Below are positions 10,629-24,200 of a DNA stretch of 64,000 bases, one piece after another. The notes beneath the pieces were generated by a model that was not told where the DNA came from, ran no database searches, and saw only the letters and a list, made by a program, of their open reading frames with translations. Position 1 is the first letter of the stretch. Every line of letters begins with the position of its first letter. Source of the stretch: Eledone cirrhosa (lineage: Eukaryota); contig OZ024764.1 in the NCBI GenBank assembly GCA_964016885.1, positions 27,838,001-27,902,000 on the forward strand, written 5' to 3'. The translations under genes were made by a program, and so were the position numbers.

Positions 10629-10880
10629 ATGCAAATAGACTTAGACTGGAAAACATTCAGACAGAGAAGAATGGATAATGAGCGTCGTAAGAGAAATTGC
10701 CAACAATTAATATTAATGGAAATGTAGAAGGATTTCATATTAGTGATATGAATGTTTCGTGTGATCACTGTGGAGCTTTGAAATTTAGAAATGAAAATTG
10801 TAACTGTTGTAATAAAGGAAAGGTTATGTTGCCACCATTGCAAATATACCCTGAGAGACTGAGAAATCTCTTTGAAAGAG
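10629..10880 (+). pseudogene. Helitron N-terminal Zn-finger-like region, truncated (alpha type)
   Basis: CDHCGALKFRNENCNCCNKGKVMLPPLQIYPERLRNLF; ends in a snap-back hairpin. Confidence 0.85.
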
Positions 10881-10904
10881 ATTTCTCAGTCTCTCAGGGT
10901 ATAT
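10844..10904. other. Perfect palindrome, 30-bp arms with a 1-nt loop
   Basis: ATATACCCTGAGAGACTGAGAAATCTCTTT-G-AAAGAGATTTCTCAGTCTCTCAGGGTATAT. Confidence 0.97.
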
Positions 10905-11700
10905 ATTCCCGCCGGTGAAATAAAAATTTTAATAGAAAAACGGCGGGAATATATGTTACAACCCAACCTACATATTTTTGGGCTGTAACATATATTCCCG
11001 CCGTTGAAATAAATATTTTAATAGAAAAACGGCGGGAATATATGTTACAACCCAATCTATATATATTTGAGTTGTAACATATATTCCCGCCGTTGAAATA
11101 AAAATTTTAATAGAAAAACGGCGGGAATATATGTTACAACGCAATCTATATATATTTGGGTTGTAACATATATTCCCGCCGTTGAAATAAAAATTTTAAT
11201 AGAAAAACGGCGGGAATATATGTTACAACCCAACCTACATATGTTTGGGTTGTAATATATATTCCCGCCGTTTTTCTGTTAAAATTTTTATTTCAACGGC
11301 GGGAATATATGTTACAACCCAAATATATGTAGATTGGGTTGTAACATATATTCCCGCCGTTTTTCTATTAAAATTTTTATTTCGACGGCGGGAATATATG
11401 TTACAACCCAAATATATATAGATTGCGTTGTAACATATATTCCCGCCGTTTTTCTATTAAAATTTTTATTTCAACGGCGGGAATATATGTTACAACCCAA
11501 ATATATGTACATTGGATTGTAACATATATTCCCGCCGTTTTTCTATTCAAATTTTTATTTCAACGGCGGGAATATATGTTACAACTCAAATATATATAGA
11601 TTGGGTTGTAACATATATTCCCGCCGTTTTTCTATTAAAATTTTTATTTCACCGGCGGGAATATGTTACAACCCAAATATATATATATTGAGTTGTAACA
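10901..11700. repeat. 89-bp minisatellite built from alternating inverted 28-bp arms; 4 monomers forward then 5 reversed
   Basis: TTGGGTTGTAACATATATTCCCGCCGTT-[GAAATAAAAATTTTAATAGAAA]-AACGGCGGGAATATATGTTACAACCCAA-[~11 nt]; period 89 (10984, 11073, 11162); spacers become reverse-complemented from ~11272. Confidence 0.95.
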
Positions 11701-13288
11701 TGGGTTACATATAAGGTCTCATTTTTTTTCTTTTCTTTCTTTCAGTTTTCTTCTTATCTCTAGATATAAATATATATACATGAGGTAACTTGGTAGAATT
11801 GTTAGAACATCAGATAGAATTCTTTGCAGTATTTTTCCAGTTCTTTACTCTGAGTTCAACTTTACCTTTCTTCCATTCAGTGTCGATAAGTCTTGAATAT
11901 GTCTAACGTAGCAATAACTGGAGCTACTTAACCAAGTTTTCCCAACCTAGTCGATGTCACCTACTGGTTGGCGATTTAAACTGTTGGCTGGGACAATGAC
12001 CAACTAATCAGTCAGATTCGAACTCACTATGTCTGGCATATATTTTATATTTTATATTTGAATGAAGTTCTGTAAGTAACCTGGTGGCTTAGATGGCAAT
12101 ACTGCTCGAATAGATGGCTTCTATTATGCAGTTATAAGTTCATTCCCTATCCAGGATTGTAGAATTAATTTTATTTAGTTATTATTTAATCAATTGTTTT
12201 AACAAACAAATTATATCTATAAAACGCCAAATATAGTGAGTTCAAATCTGACTGACATGCATGGTATATATTTATGTTTCATTATACAGCGACACAATAC
12301 ACAGGAACTTATAAAGATATGTATATATTGTCCAGGAGTTTCGAGTTTAGTGGGAATTGGTACAACTCTCAATTGGAGCTAGTCCCTGCAAGATCAGCAT
12401 AAATAATGTTATACCTTTTCATGAAATCTTGCACACCCGATATTTTATACATGATTATTTAAAGGTGAACAAAAACCAAAGAACATTGTGCAGCATTTCT
12501 CAACCTTTCTACCCATGTCGATCTCTTGAAATAGTTTTTATGTCTCAGGGAAGCCCTGCATAAAATATACTTTTTCTATCTCTAGAGCAGTGGTTCCCGA
12601 ATCGTGTGCTGCGAGATGAAACAAGATGAGCTGCAAAAGACTAAGATTAAGTTTTATGATGTGAAAAATGTAAAGCTGAAATTTCATATAAAAGTTCAAA
12701 TATAGCTACAGCCACAAACCTAGGCTCCACACCCCGCAATGCAGAGGATAGTAAGATAGTACCAAGGCCTGACTCACCTCTTCCACTCCATTGAGACCTC
12801 TGCCATACTTGGTCCCTGTACTGCTGATTTCCTCCATAAAGTCGGGAGGAAAGATGACAGGAGCCTCATGAGGAGGGGCGACTATTGTAGCAGGTGTCTC
12901 TGGCCTTGCTCCGAGGTAACGCTTTTACGTTTCTTCCACAGGTTGCGGCTGAGGGACCACTTAGACTGGGGTGAAGTGTCTGTCCCTCCCCCGACTTCTT
13001 ACTTCTTTTTTTTTCTCCTTTTCATTTTCTTTTCTCTTCTTGCTTATCTCTGCTATACCACGGCATCAAAAACATATATGATATATGTATGTATGGTATA
13101 GGTGTATTTATATTTAGGATAGTTATCAAAGGTAAATAGACTGGTTGGAGCAATAACAGTCTTGTTTATGTATATACATATATATATATATTTATATGTT
13201 TGTTCTTGTATTTCCATAGAAAAGGTAAAGAAAAGAAGAGTGCTCTATGTATTGTACAGAGCTATTTAATTACATAATAAACAACAGA

Positions 13289-14030
13289 ATGGAAAACATT
13301 CAGACAGAGAAGAATGGATAATGAGCGTTGTAAGAGAAATTGGCCAACAATTAATATTAATGGAAATGTAGAAGAATTTCATATTAGTGATATGAATGTT
13401 TCGTGTGATCACTGTGGAGCTTTGAAATTTAGAAATGAAAATTGTAACTGTTGTAATAAAGGAAAGGTTGTGTTGCCACCATTGCAAATATACCCTGAGA
13501 GACTGAGAAATCTCTTTGAAAGAGGCCAGGAAGCAGTTGATTTCACAGAAACATCTGCAATTAAAACTACATTTATTTCACTTCATTTGGTGTTACCACC
13601 CGGCAGAGGCCCGTATAGCTTTCATATTCAGGGTCAAACATATCACTACACCCCCATCTCTGTAACCTGCAGAAAATACACCACAATATGGCCAGTTATA
13701 TATTATTGATGGGAACGAAGGTATGTAGCACAGATTGGAAGTACGTCCAAATAATTGTTTCTAGCACAAGGCCAGCAATTACTGGTACTTTATTCTATCG
13801 ACCTAATAAGGATGAAAACAAAGTCAACCTTGGAGGGATTTGAACCCAGAACGTAAAGGGACATAACCCTATGCTGTAAAGCATGGTGTCTGGCGCTCTA
13901 CCGATACTGCCAATCCACTGCCCTAGTACCAACAAATAATGACTGCTCACCACAAAAAATGGCTATGATAAGAGAAGTGTTGCATGAATGTAATTCATAT
14001 GTCGAAGTGTACAATACAATGCATGGCATC
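13289..14030 (+). pseudogene. Helitron 5' coding part (beta type), interrupted by a SINE and ending at the cassette insertion
   Basis: CDHCGAL...CCNKGKVVLPPL...PGRGPYSFHIQGQTYH, GQLYIIDG, EVLHECNSYVEVYNTMHGI. Confidence 0.9.
13756..13924 (-). mobile_element. tRNA-derived SINE with Meta-domain-like core and ~16-bp TSD
   Basis: Minus strand: A box TGGCAGTATCGGTAG, B box GGTTCAAATCC, core GACTTTGTTTTCATCCTTATTAGGTCGATAGAATAAAGTACCAG; flanks AGTACGTCCAAATAAT / AGTACCAACAAATAAT. Confidence 0.85.
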
Positions 14031-14035
14031 ACAAA

Positions 14036-14070
<35 letters not shown>

Positions 14071-14965
14071 TACTAAAGAGTATGTAAAATTTTAAAATAA
14101 ATACTTAAATTCAATTTGTATAATTACACATACAATATGTTTTGTTGTAAAACCCTAAATAATGATTTAAGAAATGATGTCAATCTCTTTGTACAGAGAA
14201 AAACAATTTATATATATGCATTGTGTGCGCGTGTATACTCCATTTAAGACAGTGAAAAACCTAGTACCTCCTTCAAAGAATGCCAAATAGTTTATGCCTA
14301 AGGTGTAACACTAATTAAGTTACCGGTGTAGATATTTCAGTTGAACCCTGCTTCAAACATGCATATTATTATTATATATTTTCAAACACACTTACATACA
14401 TTATATTTATACACATAGAAATAATAAGTTAAAACTAAAGTATAATGATATAACAACAGTATATAATAGTTTTCTTCACTTTATTGAAATGCAATCGTTT
14501 TAAAGAAAAAACATGACAGTATAAGAAATATTTAATATGATAACATAATATTTCAGGTAGGATGGTCGTTTCTCTATGATGGTGGTTTCTCTTTGAACTA
14601 ATAATTGTTTCTATTTTAGGCACAAGGTCAGTAATTAACCAGTACATTACTGGTACTTTATTTTATCGACCCCGTAAGGATGAAAGGCAAAGTTGACCTC
14701 GGATCGTAAAGGGACGTAACTATGCTGGAAAGCATGGCGTCAGACCCTCTACCGATACTGCCAATTCACCATACAGTATAATTATACAAATATGCATATA
14801 GATAGCAATATATATACACTAATATGTATGTACATATTTACACATATGTACATATATATAGGGAGAGAGAGAGACACATGTATGTATATATATATACACA
14901 TGCGTGTATGCATGTGTGTTTATGTACATTCTTCGGTATATATATCGGTATACACATTGGAGACA
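14031..14965. other. Non-satellite leader of the cassette inserted into the Helitron (AT-rich, starts with (TA)n)
   Basis: Begins exactly at GGCATC| where the empty copy (40567/40568) continues AAACAGC; repeated at 50256-50965 and partly at 1-175. Confidence 0.8.
14604..14770 (-). mobile_element. tRNA-SINE copy with internal deletion (B box lost)
   Basis: GGCACAAGGTCAG...ACTGGTACTTTATTTTATCGACCCCGTAAGGATGAAAGGCAAAGTTGACCTCGG...CTACCGATACTGCCAA; truncated copy at ~50823-50965. Confidence 0.8.
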
Positions 14966-15214
14966 CAGAGAGAGAGAGTTGAAACGAGAGGTGAGAGAGT
15001 TGAAACAAGAGAGGAGATGGTTGAAACACGAGGAGAGAGAGAGAGTGGAAACGAGAGGAGAGAGAGAGAGTTGAAACGAGGAGAGAGTTGAAACAAGAGG
15101 GTGAGGGGAGAGAGGAAGAGAGAGAGAGAGAGGAAGAGAGAGAGAGGGGAAGAGAGAGAGGGGGAGAGAAGGGGATGAAACAACAGAGAGAGGGGAGAGA
15201 AAGAGAGAGGGGAT

Positions 15215-15255
<41 letters not shown>

Positions 15256-18200
15256 ATTGAAACAAGAGAGAGATGAAACAAGTGAGGGATTAGAGAGAGA
15301 TGAAACAAGTGAGGGATTAGAGTGTTGAAACAAGAGAGAGAGAGCGAGATGAAATGAGAGAAAGAGAGTGAGATGAAATGAGAGAGTGGGAGCGAGATGA
15401 AACGAGACAGGGAGAGCGAGATGAAATGAGAGAGTTAGAGTGAGATGAAACGAGAGAGTGAGAGCGAGATGAAACGAGAGACAGAGAGAGCGAGATGACA
15501 CGAGACAGAGAGCGAGATGAAATGAGAGAGAGAGAGTGAGAGAGAGAGATGAAACGAGAGAGAGAGTGCGAGATGAAACGAGAGTGAGAGAGCGAGATGA
15601 AACGAGAGAGTGAGAGCGAGATGAAATGAGAGAGAGAGAGAACGAGATGAAATGAGAGAGAGAGAGAGCGAGATGAAATGAGACATAGAGAGATGAAACG
15701 AGAGAGAGATGAAACGAGAAAGAGAGGAAACGAGAGAGAGGAAACGTGAGTAGAGAGCGAGATGAAACAGGAGCGAGAGAGCGAGATGAAACGAGAGGGA
15801 GAGAGAGATGAAACGAGAGCGAGAGAGAGATAGAGGGAAATGAAACGTCAGAGAGAGAGACAGATGAAAGGAGGGATATAGAGATGAAACGAGAGAGAGA
15901 GATGAAACGAGAGAGAGGAAGAGAGAGATAGAACGAGAGAGAGGAAGAGAGAGCTGAAACGAGAGAGAAGAAGACAGAGGTGAAACGAGAGAGAGAGCGA
16001 GATGAAACGAGAGAGAGAGCGAGATGAAACGAGAGAGAGGAAGAGAGAGAGCGAGAGATGAAACTCTGTCATGGACATATCTGACCCTGGGGCTAATAAT
16101 TGTCATGTAATGTTATGGACATCTCTGCCCCTGTGGCTAATAATTCTGTCATGTAATGTTATGGACATCTCTGCCCCTGTGGCTAATAATTCTGTCATGT
16201 AATGTTATGGAAATCTCTGCCCCTGTGGCTAATAATTCTGACATGTAATGTTATGGAATCTCTGCCCCTGTGGCTAATAAATCTGTCATTTGATGTTACG
16301 GACATCTCTGCCCCTGTGGCTAATAAATCTGTCATGTAATGTTATGGACATCTCTGCCCCTGTGGCTAATAATTCTGACATGTAATGTTATGGACATCTC
16401 TGCCCCTGTAGCTAATAATTCTGACATGTAATGTTATGGACATCTCTGCCCCTGTGGCTAATAAATTCGTCATGTAATGTTAAGGACATCTCTGCCCCTG
16501 TGGCTAATAAATCTGTCATGTAATGTTATGGACATCTCTGCCCCTGTGGCTAATAATTCTGACATGTAATGTTATGGACATCTCTGCCCCTGTGGCTAAT
16601 AATTCTGACATGTAATGTTATGGACATCTCTGCCCCTGTGGCTAATAATTCTGAGAGAGATGAAACAAGTGAGGGATTAGAGAGAGATGAAACAAGTGAG
16701 GGATTAGAGTGTTGAAACAAGAGAGAGAGAGGAAGAGAGAGTGAGAGCGAAATCAAACGAGAGAGAGCGAGATGAAATGAGAGAGTGAGAGCGAGATGAA
16801 ACGAGAGAGAGAGAGAGAGCGAGATGAAATGAGAGCGAGATGAAATGAGAGAGAGAGAGCGAGATGAAACGAGACAGAGAGAGCGGGATGAAACGAGACA
16901 GAGAGAGCGAGAGCGAGATGAAACGAGACAGAGAGAGCGAGATGAAACGAGAGAGAGAGAGCGAGATGAAATGAGAGAGAGAGAGCGAGATGAAATGAGA
17001 GAGAGAGAGCGAGATGAAACGAGAGAGTGAGAGCGAGATGGAACGAGACAGAGAGAGCGAGATGAAACGAGAGTGGGAGAGCTAGATGAAACGAGAGAGA
17101 GAGGAAATGAGAAAGACGAAACGAGAGAGAGGAAACGAGAGTAGAGAGCGAGATGAAACAGGAGAGAGAGAGCGAGATGAAATAGGAGCGAGAGAGCGAG
17201 ATGAAACGAGAGGGAGAGAGAGATGAAACGAGAGAGCGAGAGAGAGATAGAGGGAGATGAAACGACAGAGAGAGAGACAGATGAAACGAGGGAGATAGAG
17301 ATGAAACGAGAGAGAGAGATGAAACGAGAGAGAGGAAGAGAGAGATGGAACGAGAGAGAGGAAGAGAGAGATGGAACGAGAGAGAGGAAGACAGAGATGA
17401 AACGAGAGAGAGAGAGAGCAAGATGAAACGAGAGAGAGAGATGAAACGAGAGAGAGGAAGAGAGAGATGGAACGAGAGAGAGGAAGAGAGAGATGGAACG
17501 AGCGAGAGGAAGACAGAGATGAAACGAGACAGAGAGAGATCGAGATGAAACGAGAGAGAGGAAGAGAGAGAGCGCAAGATGAAACGAGAGAGAGATAGAG
17601 AGCGAGATGAAACGAGAGAGAGGAAGAGAGAGAGCGCGAGATGAAACGAGAGAGAGGAAGAGAGAGAGAGCGCGAGATGAAATGAGAGAGAGAGAGCGAG
17701 ATGAAATGAGAGATTGAGAGTGAGATGAAACGAGAGAGTGAGAGAGAGCGAGATGAAATGAGAGAGAGAGAGCGAGATGAAATGAGAGAGAGAGAGCGAG
17801 ATGAAACGAGACAGAGAGAGCGGGATGAAACGAGACAGAGAGATCGAGATGAAATGAGAGAGAGAGAGCGAGATGAAATGAGAGAGAGAGAGCGAGATGA
17901 AACGAGAGAGTGAGAGCGAGATGGAACGAGTCAGAGAGAGCGAAATGAAACGAGAGAGTGAGAGCTAGATGAAACGAGAGAGAGAGGAAACGAGAGAGAG
18001 AGGAAACGAGAGAGAGGAAACGAGAGTAGAGAGCAAGATGAAACAGGAGAGAGAGAGAGCGAGATGAAACCGGAGAGAGAGAGCGAGATGAAACGAGAGG
18101 GAGGGAGAGATGACACGAGAGAGCGAGAGAGAGATAGAGGGAGATGAAGCGAGAGAGTGATAGCTAGATGAAACGAGAGAGAGAGGAATAGAGAGATGGA

Positions 18201-21200
18201 ACGAGAGAGAGGAAGACAGATATGAAACGAGAGAGAGAGAGAGCGAGATGAAACGAGAGAGAGGAAGAGAGAGAGCGCGAGATGAAAGTCTGTCATGTAA
18301 TGTTATGGACATATCTGCCCTTGGGGCTAATAATTGTCATGTAATGTTATGGACATATCTACCCTTGGGGCTAATAATTGTCATGTAATGTTATGTACAT
18401 CTCTGCCCCTGTGGCAAATAATTCTGTCATGTAATGTTATGGACATCTCTGTCCCTGTGGCTAATAATTATGTCATGTAATGTTATGGACATCTCTGCCC
18501 CTGTGGCTAATAATTCTGTCATGTAATGTTATGGACATCTCTGCCCCTGTGGCTAATAAATTCGTCATGTAATGTTATGGACATCTCTGCCCCTGTGGCT
18601 AATAAATCTGTCATGTAATGTTATGGACATCTCTGCCCCTGTGGCTAATAATTCTGACATGTAATGTTATGGATATCTCTGCCCCTGTGGCTAATAATTC
18701 TGAGAGAGATGAAACAAGTGAGGGATAAGAGAGAGATGAAACAAATGAGGGATTAGAGTGTTGAAACAAGAGAGAGAGAGGAAGAGAGAGTGAGAGCGAG
18801 ATCAAACGAGAGAGAGAGAGCGAGATGAAATGAGAGAGTGAGAGCGAGATGAAACGAGAGGGAGAGAGCGAGATGAAATGAGAGAGCGAGAGCGAGATGA
18901 AATGAGAGAGAGAGAGCGAGATGAAACGAGACAGAGAGAGCGAGATGAAACGAGAGAGAGAGAGAGCGAAATGAAACGAGACAGATTAGAGCGAGATGAA
19001 ACGAGAGAGAGAGAGCGAGATGAAATGAGAGAGAGAGAGCGAGATGAAACGAGAGAGTGAGAGCTAGAGGAAACGAGAGAGAGAGGAAACGAGAGAGAGG
19101 ATACGAGAGAGAGGAAACGAGAGTAGAGAGCGAGATGAAACAGGAGAGAGAGAGCGAGATGAAACAGGAGAGAGAGAGCGAGATGAAACGAGAGGGAGAG
19201 AGAGATGAAACGAGAGAGCGAGAGAGAGATAGAGGGAGATGAAACGACAGAGAGAGAGACAGATGAAACGAGGGAGATAGAGATGAAACGAGAGAGAGAG
19301 ATGAAACGAGAGAGAGGAAGAGAGAGATGGAACGAGAGAGAGGAAGAGAGAGATGGAACGAGAGAGAGGAAGACAGAGATGAAACGAGAGAGAGAGAGAG
19401 CGAGATGAAACGAGAGAGAGGAAGAGAGAACGCGAGATGAAACGAGAGAGAGAGAGAGCAAGATGAAACGAGAGAGAGGAAGAGAGAGAGCGCAAGATGA
19501 AACGAGAGAGAGAGCGCGAGATGAAAGTCTGTCATGTAATGTTATGGACATATCTGCCCTTGGGGCTAATAATTGTCATGTAATGTTATGGAAATCTCTG
19601 CCTCTGTGGCTAATAATTCTTTCATGTAATGTTATGGACATCTCTGCCCCTGTGGCTAATAATTCTGTCATGTAATGTTATGGACATCTCTGCCCCTGTG
19701 GCTAATAAATCTGTCATGTAATGTTATGGACATCTCTGCCCCTGTGGCTAATAATTCTGACATGTAATGTTATGGACATCTCTGCCCCTGTGGCTAATAA
19801 ATATGACATGTAATGTTATGGACATCTCTGCCCCTGTGGCTAATAAATCTGTCATGTAATGTTATGGACATCTCTGCCCCTGTGGCTAATAATTCTGACA
19901 TGTAATGTTATGGACATCTCTGCCCCTGTGGCTAATAATTCTGAGAGAGATGAAACAAGTGAGGGATTAGAGAGAGATGAAACAAGTGAGGGATTAGAGT
20001 GTTGAAACAAGAGAGAGAGAGAGGAAGAGAGAGTGAGAGCGAAATCAAACGAGAGAGAGCGAGATGAAATGAGAGAGTGAGAGCGAGATGAAACGAGAGA
20101 GAGAGAGAGAGCGAGATGAAATGAGAGAGAGAGAGCGAGATGAAATGAGAGAGAGAGAGCGAGATGAAACGAGACAGAGAGAGCGGGATGAAACGAGACA
20201 GAGAGAGCGAGAGCGAGATGAAACGAGACAGAGGGAGCGAGATGAAACGAGAGAGAGAGAGCGAGATGAAATGAGAGAGAGAGAGCGAGATGAAATGAGA
20301 GAGAGAGAGCGAGATGAAACGAGAGAGTGAGAGCGAGATGGAACGAGACAGAGAGAGCGAGATGAAACGAGAGTGGGAGAGCTAGATGAAACGAGAGAGA
20401 GAGGAAACGAGAGAGACGAAACGAGAGAGAGGAAACGAGAGTAGAGAGCGAGATGAAACAGGAGAGAGAGAGCGAGATGAAACAGGAGAGAGAGAGCGAG
20501 ATGAAACGAGAGGGAGAGAGAGATGAAACGAGAGAGCGAGAGAGAGATAGAGGGAGATAAAACGACAGAGAGAGAGACAGATGAAACGAGGGAGATAGAG
20601 ATGAAACGAGAGAGAGAGATGAAACGAGAGAGAGGAAGAGAGAGATGTAACGAGAGAGAGGAAGAGAGAGATGGAACGAGCGAGAGGAAGACAGAGATGA
20701 AACGAGACAGAGAGAGATCGAGATGAAACGAGAGAGAGGAAGAGAGAGAGCGCAAGATGAAACGAGAGAGAGAGAGAGAGAGAGCGAGATGAAACGAGAG
20801 AGAGGAAGAGAGAGAGCGCGAGATGAAACGAGAGAGCGGAAGAGAGAGAGCGCGAGATGAAATGAGAGAGAGAGAGCGAGATGAAATGAGAGATTGAGAG
20901 TGAGATGAAACGAGAGAGTGAGAGAGAGCGAGATGAAATGACAGAGAGAGAGCGAGATGAAATGAGAGAGAGAGAGCGAGATGAAACGAGACAGAGAGAG
21001 CGGGATGAAACGAGACAGAGAGATCGAGATGAAATGAGAGAGAGAGAGCGAGATGAAATGAGAGAGAGAGAGCGAGATGAAACGAGAGAGTGAGAGCGAG
21101 ATGGAACGAGTCAGAGAGAGCGAGATGAAACGAGAGAGTGAGAGCTAGATGAAACGAGAGAGAGAGGAAACGAGAGAGAGAGGAAACGAGAGAGAGGAAA

Positions 21201-24200
21201 CGAGAGAGAGGAAACGAGAGTAGAGAGCAAGATGAAACAGGAGAGAGAGAGAGCGAGATGAAACCGGAGAGAGAGAGCGAGATGAAACGAGAGGGAGGGA
21301 GAGATGAAACGAGAGAGCGAGAGAGAGATAGAGGGAGATGAAACGAGAGAGTGATAGCTAGATGAAACGAGAGAGAGAGGAATAGAGAGATGGAACGAGA
21401 GAGAGGAAGACAGATATGAAACGAGAGAGAGAGAGAGCGAGATGAAACGAGAGAGAGGAAGAGAGAGAGCGCGAGATGAAACGAGAGAGAGAGAGCGAGA
21501 TGAAACGAGAGAGAGAGCGAGATGAAACGAGAGAGAGGAAGAGAGAGAGCGCGAGATGAAAGTCTGTCATGTAATGTTATGGACATATCTGCCCTTGGGG
21601 CTAATAATTGTCATGTAATGTTATGGACATATCTACCCTTGGGGCTAATAATTGTCATGTAATGTTATGTACATCTCTGCCCCTGTGGCAAATAATTCTG
21701 TCATGTAATGTTATGGACACCTCTGTCCCTGTGGCTAATAATTATGTCATGTAATGTTATGGACATCTCTGCCCCTGTGGCTAATAATTCTGTCATGTAA
21801 TATTATGGACATCTCTGCCCCTGTGGCTAATAAATTCGTCATGTAATGTTATGGACATCTCTGCCCCTGTGGCTAATAAATCTGTCATGTAATGTTTTGG
21901 ACATCTCTTCCCCTGTGGCTAATAATTCTGACATGTAATGTTATGGATATCTCTGCCCCTGTGGCTAATAATTCTGAGAGAGATCAAACAAGTGAGGGAT
22001 AAGAGAGAGATGAAACAAGTGAGGGATTAGAGTGTTGAAACAAGAGAGAGAGAGGAAGAGAGAGTGAGAGCGAGATCAAACGAGAGAGAGAGAGCGAGAT
22101 GAAATGAGAGAGTGAGAGCGAGATGAAACGAGAGAGAGAGAGCGAGATGAAATGAGAGAGAGAGAGAGCGAGATGAAATGAGAGAGAGAGAGCGAGATGA
22201 AACGAGACAGAGAGAGCGAGGTGAAACGAGAGAGAGAGAGAGCGAAATGAAACGAGACAGATTAGAGCGAGATGAAACGAGAGAGAGAGAGCAAGATGAA
22301 ATGAGAGAGAGAGAGCGAGATGAAACGAGAGAGTGAGAGCTAGAGGAAACGATAGAGAGAGGAAACGAGAGAGAGAGGAAACGAGAGAGAGGATACGAGA
22401 GAGAGGAAACGAGAGTAGAGAGCGAGATGAAACAGGAGAGAGAGAGCGAGATGAAACAGGAGAGAGAGAGCGAGATGAAACGAGAGGGAGAGTGAGATGA
22501 AACGAGAGAGCGAGAGAGAGATAGAGGGAGATGAAACGACAGAGAGAGAGACAGATGAAACGAGGGAGATAGAGATGAAACGAGAGAGAGAGATGAAACG
22601 AGAGAGAGGAAGAGAGAGATGGAACGAGAGAGAGGAAGAGAGAGATGGAACGAGAGAGAGCGAGATGAAACGAGAGAGAGGAAGAGAGAGAACGCGAGAT
22701 GAAACGAGAGAGAGAGCAAGATGAAACGAGAGAGAGGAAGAGAGAGAGCGCAAGATGAAACGAGAGAGAGAGAGCGCGAGATGAAAGTCTGTCATGTAAT
22801 ATTATGGACATATCTGCCCTTGGGGCTAATAATTGTCATGTAATGTTATGGAAATCTCTGCCCCTGTGGCTAATAATTCTGTCATGTAATGTTATGGACA
22901 TCTCTGCCCCTGTGGCTAATAATTCTGTCATGTAATGTTATGGACATCTCTGCCCCTGTGGCTAATAAATCTGTCATGTAATGTTATGGACATCTCTGCC
23001 CCTGTGGCTAATAATTCTGACATGTAATGTTATGGACATCTCTGCCCCTGTGGCTAATAAATATGACATGTAATGTTATGGACATCTCTGCCCCTGTGGC
23101 TAATAAATCTGTCATGTAATGTTATGGACATCTCTGCCCCTGTGGCTAATAAATCTGTCATGTAATGTTATGGACATCTCTGCCCCTGTGGCTAATAATT
23201 CTGACATGTAATGTTATGGACATCTCTGCCCCTGTGGCTAATAATTATGTCATGTAATGTTATGGACATCTCTGCCCCTGTGGCTAATAATTCTGTCATG
23301 TAATATTATGGACATCTCTGCCCCTGTGGCTAATAAATTCGTCATGTAATGTTATGGACATCTCTGCCCCTGTGGCTAATAAATCTGTCATGTAATGTTT
23401 TGGACATCTCTTCCCCTGTGGCTAATAATTCTGACATGTAATGTTATGGATATCTCTGCCCCTGTGGCTAATAATTCTGAGAGAGATCAAACAAGTGAGG
23501 GATAAGAGAGAGATGAAACAAGTGAGGGATTAGAGTGTTGAAACAAGAGAGAGAGAGGAAGAGAGAGTGAGAGCGAGATCAAACGAGAGAGAGAGAGCGA
23601 GATGAAATGAGAGAGTGAGAGCGAGATGAAACGAGAGAGAGAGAGCGAGATGAAATGAGAGAGAGAGAGAGAGCGAGATGAAATGAGAGAGAGAGAGCGA
23701 GATGAAACGAGACAGAGAGAGCGAGGTGAAACGAGAGAGAGAGAGAGCGAAATGAAACGAGACAGATTAGAGCGAGATGAAACGAGAGAGAGAGAGCAAG
23801 ATGAAATGAGAGAGAGAGAGCGAGATGAAACGAGAGAGTGAGAGCTAGAGGAAACGATAGAGAGAGGAAACGAGAGAGAGAGGAAACGAGAGAGAGGATA
23901 CGAGAGAGAGGAAACGAGAGTAGAGAGCGAGATGAAACAGGAGAGAGAGAGCGAGATGAAACAGGAGAGAGAGAGCGAGATGAAACGAGAGGGAGAGTGA
24001 GATGAAACGAGAGAGCGAGAGAGAGATAGAGGGAGATGAAACGACAGAGAGAGAGACAGATGAAACGAGGGAGATAGAGATGAAACGAGAGAGAGAGATG
24101 AAACGAGAGAGAGGAAGAGAGAGATGGAACGAGAGAGAGGAAGAGAGAGATGGAACGAGAGAGAGGAAGACAGAGATGAAACGAGAGAGAGAGAGAGCGA

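Noticed and set aside
9003-13519. 1.9-kb target-site-like tandem duplication around the 89-bp array
   Set aside because: Diagnostic SNPs show the two copies are beta-end and alpha-end paralogs, better explained by an internal deletion of an alpha unit
13756-13924. tRNA gene
   Set aside because: Has A and B boxes but no cloverleaf; carries a SINE body and a TSD
16653-16720. GAGGGATTAG as a telomeric repeat
   Set aside because: Only one or two copies per block and not TTAGGG/TTAGG tandem arrays
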